Positions 52,501 to 64,000 of a DNA stretch of 64,000 nt are shown here, piece after piece. A model generated the notes under the pieces. The model saw only the letters and a program-made list of their open reading frames with translations, had not been told where the DNA came from and made no database searches. Origin of the DNA: Geosiphon pyriformis uo1 (taxonomy: Eukaryota; Fungi; Glomeromycota). Position 1 is the stretch's first letter, and each line of letters begins with the position of its first letter. The translations under genes and the position numbers were made by a program. Location of the stretch: the NCBI GenBank assembly GCA_016748015.1, contig JAAOMT010000387.1, positions 1-64,000 on the forward strand, given 5' to 3'.

Positions 52501-55500
52501 ATTTGCGATAGCACAGTTTGCAGTAATAATGTGTTTGCGTCCAGTGGTCTTTATCTGGCACGATCCATGCTCCCATGGAAGAAAGTTTCTTTCTACAGTC
52601 TTTGTATTTAAGTGGAATAAATGGTGGCTGTGATAGTGGCTGGCAAACAGAGTATAAGCTTGTTCATTCTTTGGTTGTGTCTTTTGTGGGTTTGATTTTT
52701 CCAAGTACGTTTTCTTTTTTTTCTTTTTCTTTCCCTTTCCCTTTTTTTTTCCAGCTTATTGTTGGTAACAACTCACTTTGGCTGTCATTAGTCCAAGTGT
52801 CGATGGTGGTTCCCCAGGTATGTTTTTCTCTTTGTTTTCCTTTTTTATTGTCATTGTCATCCCAGAAGAGTATTAGTGGTAGTTTGTTGTGGTTATTGTC
52901 ACCCCACAAGACTTGATAGGCTTTTTAGATAGGTTTTTTCTCTTTTTTCTCAAACTCAATGAGTAGTACTAGTGTGTTAATGGTTTTGAAGTGGCCACAC
53001 GTGGCTAGTACACATGTATGTTGACCATTTTAACTAAGTTGGAGCTCTTGCATTGTCCAATCCAGTATGGTGTTTGTTTTAGTGAGCCAGTTATTACCAA
53101 CTAATACTTGGTATTGAGTGGCTTCCATCACCAAAACTTTGATAAAAACTATGATGCTGTTGACTTCAAAAGGGAAGTTGTTAATCTCGCCAATAGAAGT
53201 TTTGGTTGCTCCATTGGCTGTAATGATCTTTGTGCTAACAGCTCAGTCAACTTGGCAACCTAATTGATCCATAAGTTGTTTGGTGATGATGCTGCCAGCT
53301 GATCTATTATCCAGGATCAGTTTGATATACTGACCATTGACTTTGGCATCAGTATATATCATGGTTATTGGTTTGCTGTCCAAAACAGCTCTACTGAATA
53401 ATGGAACTGATGTGATTTCCTCAAGTTCAAATGGAAATATGGCAGCAAGTGATTTGTCTTTGGTGCTGGCAGCTGGTGGAATGTTGCAGGTAAGTGGCTT
53501 CTGATTGGTTTCTTGTTTGCTGAATGCAGCATTTTCTGGGGTAACCAGAAGACTTAAGTAGTTCTGGGAACTTGGGTTTTGGTTATACCCAGTTTTTGAA
53601 CTCTGCTGGCATGATTCTGATGGTTGATTTGATGAACTGGAGATCAGTTGGTGAACCACCATCACCAATCTTCAGTTTTGGGTTACTTGGGATCTGAGAT
53701 TTCCAGATGTTATCATAGATGGGTTTTGGGGTGGTGTTTAAATTGATTGTTGTGGTTGATAGACTATTTGTGGTTGTGGTTGATATATTATGGGTGGCTG
53801 TGGTTGATATAATTAAGATTGATATACTGGTGTTTAATAAATTGGCAGTGTTATTGGTAGGTAAGCAAATTGATATTGATTTTGATTTGAGTAATAATTC
53901 AGAGTTGGGAACCAGTAATTGAGATTTTGATATTGATTTCCTGATTATGAGTTACTATAAGCATGGCAATCAGCTCTAATGTGACTTTGTTTACCACAGT
54001 TGTGGCAGATTCGTGTTTCTTGTTGCCATGGCTGATTTGTTGATGATGATGGACGCAACTGATTTTGGAAACAATTTGTGTTTTCCTGATTATTACATCA
54101 TTGAGGAGACTGATAAATTGGGTGATTGTCAATTAAATATCTCTCTAATTTCTGATTAATGAAATCACTGAATTGTTTCAGTTTAGAATCCAAGTCAGAT
54201 GATCTATTCATTACTAAATTCACAGCTTGGGCGTGGTTGGCTTCTAATTCAGCAGCTTCAAAATCTCTAGCATGAGTGACTGTGGTAAAAAAATCTACTG
54301 GATGCATTGGACATACTCATTGGAAGATGCTGCTGCATAAGCCTCTGATGAACTGATTTAAGATTTGTGGCACTGAAAAGTAATCAGCTTAAATAGCTTG
54401 AATTTGGTGCAGATTTCTGTGGAAGCATCCCAAGTAAGTGGTGACTGCTTTTGTGTTCCTTTGCTTTAGGGTGGTGAAAGTACTTGCCAGGTGGTTGATG
54501 CTGTTATTATTACTGAAATATCTTAGAAATTCTATTTTATATGTATTAAAATTTTGGGGTTTCTGGGCCAAGCTATAATATCATGAGTTGGCAGTATCCT
54601 TTAAGAAATATGAGATGACTTGTATTGTTCTTGTGTTATCCCAATTATTTGCAGTAATAACTTTGGCAATATCATTGATTCATGCCTAAGCATCATTCTC
54701 TTTGCTGGTGAACTTCTTAAGTTTTGTAATTGGTGCCAAAGCCATTGGTACGATTGGTTGCTGTTGTTGTATTGGTGATTGAAGCTGTTGTTGCGGTTAC
54801 TGAACCAGTTGCTGGATAAGTTGCTGTAGTAGTGGCTGTTGAAAAGATATTTGCTGTTGTTGAATTGGTTCAATAATTGGTTCAATTGGTGACTGATCAA
54901 TGACAATATTTGGAGATAAGTTGTGTTGATTAATTAAGTTAGGGTTTCAGTCATTCTGATTTGGCAGAGTTTCAATTTCTGTATTTTCTAGATTTTGATC
55001 TTACTGAGTCTGAAAATTCAGGGTCCCAATATCCAGGTTCTTAGTAATTGGGTTCTGATAAGTGAATTCTTGATCTTCAGATTCTTCTTCCTCTTCTTCT
55101 TCTTGTTCTTTTTCTGATTTGGTTGGTTTCCATGGATCAGTAATTCTGAAATCTAGTTGAGGTAGTGGTAATCAAACTTCTGATAGCGTTGGTGATCTTA
55201 ATTTGAATCCCTCGAAGTATGCGCTGTATGGTTCTAATAGATCTTCTTTTCTTTGTTTACTTTGGAATGGAAATTGTCCAAATGTTAATATTGCATTTGA
55301 TATAAACACACCTGTTAATGTGATATTGATGGTGCTTTCAGGAGTATAATGATATGATGGATTTGTAGGTGATTCAATTTTGTGTTTCTTCTAAGTGGGT
55401 GGTTGAATCTATTGAGGTGTTACTGCCAATGTTTGTAATTTTCTTTTGCTTTTACTGGCATAAGTAATTGAGTATCTTTGTTGTGTATAATGTTCAATTT

Positions 55501-55768
55501 CTTTATTAATCTCAGTGATGATGAATGTAAAATTATAATTTGTTGGTAAGCTGGTGTTTTGGATTAATTTGTGGTAAAAAGTTTCTCTTGCTGATTCAGT
55601 GTTTATTAGTGTTTCTAATAAATAGGCAATTCTTTTGTTGACATAAAAATTGAAGACTGATTCTGCTGATATCTGATTGTGGTTCAATCCCAAGTGTTGA
55701 CAGTAGTGTTGAAATAAGGATTTTGCGAATCCTAAATGGTTTGCTTCTATACTTTTTGATTCTGCTAC
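49506..55768 (-). pseudogene. Gypsy D gag, PR, Cys-rich module, dUTPase, RT, RNase H
   Basis: dUTPase motifs AGFDL, RSSLA, IIDTGY, IVQ, REIQRFGST; RT LDSGYWQ, FGLTN, YLDD; RH ITTNASG, RNYGTPELE. Confidence 0.9.
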
Positions 55769-55808
55769 TGTTGATTTATTTGTTGGTGCTGGTTCTCTGT
55801 AAGATTAT

Positions 55809-55826
55809 ACCTCACAGGGAGCACCA
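55809..55826 (-). other. 18-nt primer-binding site of Gypsy D
   Basis: TGGTGCTCCCTGTGAGGT, 2 nt after the LTR end TGTAACA; complementary to a tRNA 3' end ...CCTCACAGGGAGCACCA. Confidence 0.85.
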
Positions 55827-57435
55827 AATGTTACAGGTGTTTGCTTGGTTGTTGGAGTAAATAACAAACTCATAACTTGGTGCTCAAGGCTGTTGTCAAT
55901 GATGGCAATCTAAAGGTGTGTTTATCTGAAGATTTTGGTTGAGTTCTTTGTATAATGAACAGAGATTCAGTGGTAATAGTTTTATCCGTAGCTTCCTGAA
56001 ACCGTAGTTTCGTCAATTTTTTTCTCAGCGTGATGACTGGTATTTCTCCTGGTAAGCTAACCTCAATTAAGTGTTCTACTCTTATTTTTGGGTCTTTTAT
56101 CAGTGCTATATCCTAACATCAGTACCTTGCGCATTAATCCTCAATAAAGTTAGTAATAACAACAATTAAGACCAGAACATAAAAGAAATAACATAAAGAA
56201 ATAAGCCAAGGCAATGAATAAGTTAATATCCTGTCAATAGCCGTGATCAAGAGCTATTGGTCTAGTGTGATTACATATCAATGACTATTAACATAAAGTG
56301 TTAATAGTGGAGAGTGGATTTGGATGGTGAATAATTTATTTATTTATTATCTGTGAATGAAAGATTTCTAACTCCAGTATTTCTACTTTTTTTACTTCTA
56401 CTGCTACTGCTATATATATATAATTGATGTTTTATAAGATCACTCACATTCTCAAGCAATGTGCTATGATTTCTTGAGCAATGTGCCATAATTTCTGAAA
56501 TTGCTCCACATTGCTAAGCAATATGCTTATATGTTAAATACTATTCTCTTATTGGTCTACTATTTTCTATATTTGTTTTCTTTCTTTTATGAGTAACAAC
56601 GCCCCTTCAAAACTATCAATTTGATAGAAAATTTTTTTAATTGCAATTAACTTATCATTATTTGTTTTTCTAGGCACAACAGACAATTCAATATCCAATA
56701 CAAACAATTTTACTGGCTCAAAGCTCCTTTTTTTCAGAACATGTGACTTGGTACTCAGCAGCTAATTGAAATCTCGAAACTTGGAAGACTAGAGCTCCAA
56801 AACTTCATTGATGTTACTCATATTATTGAAAGAAGGTTTCCTCAGCAGTTGTCCCAGAACATATGTTCTTGTCTATGTCTTTCTTGAAGTTGTATCATCC
56901 ACCATATCATCAGCTTCAAAATCATCAGAACTCACATAACTTATTTTTTCTGCCACTAAGTTGGCTATGTTTTCCAAGTTAGATACCCCACTAATATTAA
57001 TATCTTCATTTTCTACTTTGCTATTCCAAGACATCTTGCACTCCAAATCACCAGCTTGTAAAATGTTGCCAGGAACAGAACCAGTTAACAAATCCACCAC
57101 ACCACCAGGTATACCAGGATTCTTAGATTTCTTGTATGAAGGGTCATGAGAGTACATGCTCTTAATATGTGTTTTTTTTTATTATTAAACCAGGTCTCCA
57201 ACCCAGCCGAAACAGAACTAGAACTATCAGCAGAGAAGCTTACCAGTTCCATTACAACAAAAGAAAGAAAATTGAAAGAAATAATTAGAAAAAAAAACAA
57301 GGAGAGAAAGGAATAGGACTAATTAAAACTTCTATAAAATATTGTTCTTGTTGTGATTAAGGAATTGACAAAAGAAAGATTATTTTTGTTCTAATTTTAT
57401 ATTATTTATTTATTTTTTATTAATAATTAAAATTT

Positions 57436-57649
57436 TAGTGTTTGTTTTGGCTTTCACAAATCTTGTTTGTTTTTCTTAGGTGTAAGTAACTTAGTTTCAG
57501 TTTACATAGCTGCGTAGTGTTGTTTTGATTGGCCTGAATGACTGGTCATGTGTAGAAAGTACATGATTCACACCTAGTTTAGATCATTTCTTTGATGTAT
57601 AGCACTAGATAGTGTTTAGACCTCACTCGTAAAGCAATAAAAAAAAAAA
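57436..57649 (+). mobile_element. Very short 5'-truncated LINE copy (ORF2 end, 3' UTR, poly(A))
   Basis: CFGFHKSCLFFLGVSNLVSVYIAA* followed by the shared 3' UTR and an A tail. Confidence 0.88.
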
Positions 57650-58324
57650 TTTGTATTAATTATAATAATATTTTTAACCAAATTATTAACTATAAAATTG
57701 AATAATAAATTATTTTATATATGTATTATAATAGTTTTTGTATTATTAAAATAACAATAACAAAATTAATATTAATAGATAATTATAACTTAAATACCAA
57801 AATAATAAGTATTTAAATAATAAAAAACAAACACATTTTTAAACTAAGTCATAATATAATTATTTTAATAAAATTTTGCTTATAATATTAACAAAAATAA
57901 GATAAAAAAATAAAACAAAAAATACATAATAAAATTATAAATATATATAATAATTTGTAATTATATATATAATATTAATAAATTAAACAACTTTTTTTTA
58001 ATTTTGCATGTAATTTATTTATATTTTTTTTAGTTTATAAACAAAATTATAATATTATTATAAATGATTAATTATTATATTAATTTATAAATTAATACTA
58101 TTATATTATTAATTAATTTTAAAGATTTTAAACATATTTTTTTTTGTTATTATTATTATTATTATATATACATAAATCTTTACAATACAAAATTTCTAAA
58201 ATTTTTAATAATTTTTATATTTTTTTTAAATTATTATTAGAAATTTCTAATATTTCTAAAATTTTTAATATTTTTGCTAATTTTAAGAAAATTTCTGATA
58301 TTTTTAAAAATTTTGAAATTCTTA

Positions 58325-58396
58325 CTAATATTTTTGAAATTTTTAGTATTATATATTCTAATATTTTTGAAATTTTTAGTATTATATATTCTAATA
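58325..58396. repeat. Perfect 33-bp tandem duplication in AT-rich decayed DNA
   Basis: ctaatatttttgaaatttttagtattatatatt, two full copies plus 6 nt. Confidence 0.9.
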
Positions 58397-58900
58397 ATTT
58401 ATGGTATATTATTAGTTAATTATATTATATTTGTTTTATTTTAATTATAAAACTTTATAATAAAATATTTTTGTTTTTTAGATAAAATTGTTTAAATAAA
58501 AACTGAATTTATATTTTAAATAAGATTATTAACAATAATAAATAAAATAAGAAACAAAAAAAAATACAAATGTTAATTAACAACTATAAAAAAATAAATA
58601 AATAATTTTTTTATTTAAAATATTTAAATAATATTACATATTTATTTTGTTTGGTTTTATTGTAATATGTTTTATATATTAAAAATAAAATATTACAAAA
58701 TATTTTTAATTTTTAAATATTTAAATTAATATTATTCTTTTAATTTTAATTTTTTTTATTAATTATATAAGAAAATTAAATTATTATTTAAAATAATATA
58801 ATTATAAATAGATTTTAAATTAATATATAATACATGTATTTTTTATATAAATTTAACACAAGTTCAATTTAAATTAAAATAACCAAAAAAATAATCAAAA

Positions 58901-61096
58901 ACTCTTTGTTTCCTTAATTTTATGACCACAACCAAAGTGAAGAATAAAAAAGCTGCACCGGATATCTGTTCTGAGATATCTAATAAAATTTCAACCAGAG
59001 AAGCTTTCTTTGTTATAGAAGCAACTAGGCAAAACGTTTTAGAAGTCTTCTCTTTATCCAGTAATTGTGATAAGCTGTTTTTGGTGGCCACTGAAGCAAC
59101 TTTCTCATCTTTGGCTGGTTTCTTACCAGTTAAAGTTCTCTCAAAGAGACACATTTGGGTTAGTCCTAGTGTTGTCTCCACCCCGACTAAGAGCCTAAAG
59201 TTTTTAATAACAGACTAGTAAATAAGCTAGTTTTCCCCTTTATAGATTCAACACCTAATGCTTTTAGCACCACTTCTTTAAAAAAAATGGTCAAAAAGAC
59301 CAAAAGCTCAGAAAAGTGGGGACAGTTGCTTGCCTCTGCTATTGTTACACCAAACCTCTTTGTAGTTTTCAATGAAATCTTAGATGAGATCTCCATAGTA
59401 TCATCTGATATGTCATCCAAGATGGGCCAAGATTAACCACTGGCTGTGTTGCCAAATCTGGTGTCTTCCAGCAGATCATCACCAGTTTTGGAAGCAAAAC
59501 AATCTCCTTCTGTTGAGTCATCTGTTCTTAAGAACTGGGCTAATCAAATGGAGACTGAATCATCTTCTCCTCTTGTTTTTGGTGCTACTTCTGGTGGTGC
59601 TTGGGAAACTATTACTAGTTATCAAAGATTTGCTGGATGGGTGGCCTCCATTCTAGTGTCTGATGCTACTTTTAAAATCAAATTGGCTCATGTTAAGACT
59701 GTTTTTCAATCTATACATGGTTTTTTGGGTGCTAAATCTGTTTCAAAAGACAATGTAAAGCTTTTTTGTGTGGAGTTTGCTTCTCAACAGTCTTTAGAAA
59801 CTGCATTTCTAGTTGAGCTTACAAGCTCTGTTCATTTGGCCACTCTCAAAATTGCCAAGTCTTTGGTGGTTTTTGAATCTGGTTCCTTTTCTGCTGCTGT
59901 TGCACTGCATGATGTACCTTTGGGTGTGTCAGCTGCTGATATTAAAATGGCTCTTGGTGTATTTGGTGAAGTTGCCCGTGTTGTACTGAAGCCTACTGGT
60001 GTTTGGCAGTACATGGTTGTTTACTTTAAGGAATTGGATACTGCTACTGCTGCTCTTAATCATTGGTCAATTCTGGTGGACAAAAATAGTATTAGGATTC
60101 TTTCAATTATTAATCAGAATAAGGCCATTCTGTTTCATGATAGATTCAAGGCCAAGTTGGTCAATCTTTCTTCTGGCTGCACAGTTTTTAAAATTAGTAA
60201 TATGATTTTTTGAGTTAGTGGGCAGATGTGCTTCATCTTTTGGTCTCTTGATTTTGGTCATTGTTTCTGGTTTGCTTTGGTTATATTTGTCTCTCAAGGT
60301 AATTTAGATTTTGCTGTGGTCAAGACTGGTACTCTAAGGAAATGCCGTATCTGGTAGAAAACTCCTGGCTGTTGGCACTGCTTTAGGTGTCAAAAAGTAG
60401 GCCATCTGGCTGTGAATTGCAAAGTTTCCCTGTCTCCCACTCCCAAGATTTCCAAGGTTTTCAAGTCTTATTTTGTGGGTTTTGCTTTATATACCAAAAC
60501 TGCTGCTCTTTTTGGTCTTTCTGAGTTTCCTTCTTTGGTGGCTCCTTTGGCTGCTTCTGCTGCTGATTCTGCTGTTGGTTTTAGATTGGACTCTTTGGAA
60601 AAGCAGATTTCAGATTTGGCTGTTCAAATTGAGAAAGATATCATTTCCATGAAAAGTGCTGCTATCAATTTTGCTAATCTCATGGTTGGAGTTTCTAAGG
60701 ACATTGCTTGTCTTAGATCTGAGGTTGACTTTAGTGGTATAGATTATGATGATATGTTGGCTGCTAAGCCTTCCTTTTTAAGTAAGAACACTATAGAGCA
60801 TATTATTGCTTTGTGATGAATGTCTAGTGCTGAGACCAAGAGCAATATTGAGTCTACTAGATTGTTTCTTAGTGAATTTATTTTTGACTCTAGGAATCTG
60901 AATGGTATCATTGAGAGAATTTGTGGGTTGGGGTTATTTTTACTTACTTTTGATTCAGCGTAGTGAGTCTTTGATTGGACTGAGTGTTTGATTACATGTA
61001 GAAAATATATGATTTATGTCTATAATGTAATTCCTTCTGTAATATCATAGTTTAGATAATATTTGGGTCTCACTCATTAAATAATAATAATAATAA
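58901..61096 (+). mobile_element. ORF1-only (HAL1-like) non-autonomous non-LTR element
   Basis: ~680-codon disrupted ORF 58922-60963 with RRM-like segments, CFRCQKVGHLAVNC and a coiled coil. It is followed directly by the LINE-type 3' UTR and a (TAA)n tail, with no ORF2. Confidence 0.85.
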
Positions 61097-61099
61097 TTA

Positions 61100-61930
61100 T
61101 AATTATATTATATTAAATTTAATAAAAAAAACTTATTTTAAAAAAATATTTTGTATATATAAGCAATTAAAATACAACTATTTTAATTATTTTACTTATC
61201 TATTTAATAGTATTATTTGTATTTAACTTAATTTTAGAAGTTTAAAACTTTTAAAAAATTATTATATTTTTTTATTGATTTTATTATTAAGAATATTCAT
61301 ATATTATTTTTTAAGTTTATTATTTTTTTATATAATTTATTTATATATTTTTAAAAACAGCAATATTTTTTTAAATTTTAATATACTTTTTATTTAATTT
61401 AATATATAAAACAAAAAGAATATTAATTAATTTTATAACTAAATAAACCAAAATACTAATAAACTTAATAATAGACTTAATTATTAAAGTTAACTTAGTT
61501 AATTCAAATTTCAAAAAAACCAATTTAAAACCAATTACAAAATTAACAATAATAATAACAAAAATAACCAATAAAACAACAATAAAAAAATAAAAAAAAT
61601 AAAAGTTTTAACATAAAACTTAGCATTAATAAAATAAAACTCAAAATCTTGAAACCAATTACAAATCTAAATAAAAACTTTGGAAAATAAAAATAAAAAC
61701 ATCTTAATTTTATTTTGATTGTAATTATTAAAAAAAGATAATTAATTTTTTAATTTTTACAAAGCTATAATTGAATATATTACTAAAAATAATTCTTATT
61801 AAAATCAAAAATTCTACTTTGTATAATTATAAATTATGTATATATACAATAATTTTTAATCTTAATAAAACAATAATATTTAAATTTTAAATTTAAATTT
61901 TATTACATAGTTAATTTAACACAATCTTGT
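61100..61930 (-). mobile_element. Older decayed ORF1-only copy; its tail appears at ~58760-58885
   Basis: The reverse complement aligns with 8940-9450. 58821-58875 aligns with the reverse complement of 9461-9515. Confidence 0.55.
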
Positions 61931-61942
61931 TTATTTTTATGG

Positions 61943-61944
<2 letters not shown>

Positions 61945-62033
<89 letters not shown>

Positions 62034-64000
62034 TAGTTAACGAATGAAGTCCAAACGCTACCTACTACTATACATCAAAGAAATGATCTAAAGTAGACAC
62101 GAATCATGCATTTTCTACATGTGACCAGCCACTTAGGCCAGTCAGAATAACACTATACAGCTATATGAACAGAAACTGAGTCACCAATACCAGAAAAAAA
62201 TAAGCAACACTTGTGATAACCAAAGCTAATACTGAAAGCTTCAACCACTCCCAGCAAATTGACCACACCAGCAGAAAACTTCAAAGACAAACCAGACAAT
62301 GAAATAGGAATCAAACTATCTAGAGGAATCAATCTGTTCTTCTCCATGTATGCACAATGTTTCACACAAACTAATCAAATATCATCCCTAAAAGTAAGAC
62401 CAAGAGAACACGCAAACTCAACAATCTTTAAACTAGCCACCTTTGGGTTATGGAAGACAAGTACAGCCTCATGAAACCAATTATTAAAAACAAAACCTTT
62501 ATAAAGAGTTGTTAACACTAAAGAACCAGAGACACAAGATGACAATAAATGCAACACATTCAACAAAGAATGAAACAATCCAGAAAGTGCCTTCCAAGAC
62601 TTCATGTGGGATTCTAATAACCAACGCCAAGCAGAATTATTGACTTCACAAGAAAACACATGATCTAACATCTCTATTTTACTGTAATACAAACATAAAA
62701 CACTAAGATAAGACCTATTATAAAGACACTTACGAACAGCCACAGACAGCTGATAATGTAAAGCCTTTATGAAATAAGTGTGCATATTAGCCAAGACTCC
62801 CTTCATGAAATAAGTGCACATATTAGCCAAGACTCTGCTGGTAAAACCAGCAGCCATATGCAAATCTGGATGCCATACCAATGAGAAGTGCGACCAATCA
62901 ATCTCAGAAACCAAATCACTTGCCAAAAACTTAACTCCTGAACTTATTTTCCAACATGCACGACTAATGGAGCAGAAAACATCTCAGACAAAACATCTAG
63001 AGTTACCAGAAATCACAACATCATTGGCCACTAAAAAGCACTTATCCAAGCAAGAAAGAAGAAACCAACTAGAAAGAGAATCAGAACCAGCAATCACATC
63101 AGTTTGCTTATTCCTTTCCACACCAGAATGACTTTTGACTTTATGCTAGCTAACCCTTAAATTCTTTTCATGAATTATGTTAACAATATGCCAATGCTCA
63201 ATCCAGCATTAACTGTAAAAATCAGGATGCAAAAGACCCAATTCCAACTTGCATGCATCCAAGACAAATTGACTATCTGAAAACAAGCAAACTGAACTAG
63301 AAGGGGGGACACATTCCAGGGCCAAAACAATGGCTTGTAGCTCAGCCAGAGTGGATGACATCACACCCGAAATGCCAACACCTAAACCCAGACCAATGTT
63401 CTCAAAAAAGGCAGCAGTGCCAGCTTTACAGCTGACTGTACCCAGATTTCTCAAAGATCCATCTGTGTAGACAAATAAACAACCAGTTTCAACATGTGAA
63501 AAATGATCACAAACAGACAAAAATTCACCAGAACCAAAAATATTCAAAGAACCAACATCATTCGAAACTGAAGAAAGAGCAAAAAAAGAAATCACACCAT
63601 TGAAAAATGCAGCAGAAAGCCTAAACCAATCAGAAATGGGGCCATAAAAGTCCAACCTCTTCTACTGCTTAAATACATACCAACTAAAAACAGAACCATG
63701 ATGATCATAAAGCTGATCAACAAAAGCTATACCATAATGCTGGAGAAATGGAAGAAACTTAAAAAATCTTGACTTGCTAAGAACAGCTGACATGGGCACT
63801 CCACCATTAAACCAAAATGCATTGGCTGAAGAGCCACCCAAAAACAAATTGCAATCAAAGAGTATGTGAACCAAGCCAGCCAGAAAGTTATTAGAAGCAC
63901 TGACACGAATACAAACTGGACAACTCAATGGGTAAACAGAATGCCAACACAAAACTTGTAAGTCATGAGATCTGTGAGAAAATAAGCAGCCCAAAATACC
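61945..64000 (-). mobile_element. LINE 3' portion (RNase H, CCHC, 3' UTR, ~87-nt poly(A)); runs off the window
   Basis: VYTDGSL, SSTLAELQAI, FSDSQ; ORF ends VHIAV* at 62153; T-run 61945-62031. Confidence 0.93.

Larger units (their letters stand above)
46568..56598 (-). mobile_element. Ty3/Gypsy LTR retrotransposon D (related to B), TSD ACAC/ACGC
   Basis: LTRs 46568-47397 and 55829-56598; PBS 55809-55826; decayed PPT 47398-47411; YLDD intact in ORF 50216-50485; dUTPase in ORF 50738-51958. Confidence 0.95.
45260..57252 (-). pseudogene. LINE A ORF1 (RRM-like segments, CCHC knuckle, coiled coil; interrupted by Gypsy D)
   Basis: ATG at 57252 (MELVSFS). RRM-like segment VIVKEISVNLPKLAIELVFSKFGQVISIRM; knuckle CAKCKHFGHISDVC at ~45901-45942; heptad-like LASLKHFLELLLDQISDILKKL; stop at 45260. 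Confidence 0.82.
20040..57330 (-). mobile_element. Full-length (~6.9 kb net) LINE A, split by Gypsy B and D; 5' edge approximate
   Basis: poly(T) 20040-20053 plus the shared 3' UTR. Segments 20040-20950, 41351-46567 and 56603-~57330 rejoin once B and D are removed (e.g. DSFEGA|STPSKF). Confidence 0.92.

Noticed and set aside
55830-56115. ~95-codon nearly open frame inside the D LTR (minus strand)
   Set aside because: It has no clear start, is not conserved in the related B LTR, and is not in frame with gag.
57331-57350. TSD for LINE A (tataaaatattgttct vs tataaaaaaaaatttgttct near 20020-20039)
   Set aside because: The match is imperfect and low-complexity, so it cannot fix the 5' end.

Overview
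AT-rich eukaryotic DNA, very likely fungal. The SEL1 gene and retroelement types resemble Glomeromycotina such as Geosiphon; this is inference and unverified. Most of the window is decayed retroelements around one intact host gene, a 759-aa SEL1-like repeat protein (15475-17754), which has a truncated upstream paralog. The centre is a four-level nest. A full-length minus-strand LINE (APE-RT-RNaseH, ~20040-57330) carries two Ty3/Gypsy elements, B (20951-41346) and D (46568-56598). B contains Gypsy C (27648-38214), and C contains a solo LTR (33267-34279). Each LTR insertion has a 4-bp TSD whose removal rejoins the host sequence. The Gypsy elements share an unusual plan: apparent GUG-initiated N-extended Gag, protease, a Cys-rich module, dUTPase, RT and RNase H ending at a conserved stop, then integrase as a separate ORF, then a conserved ~210-aa ORF3. 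Also present is an ORF1-only, HAL1-like non-autonomous element (one clear and two decayed copies) that shares the LINE 3' tail. TE copies show strong C>T/G>A hypermutation that the SEL1 gene escapes. All alignments and counts were done by eye.
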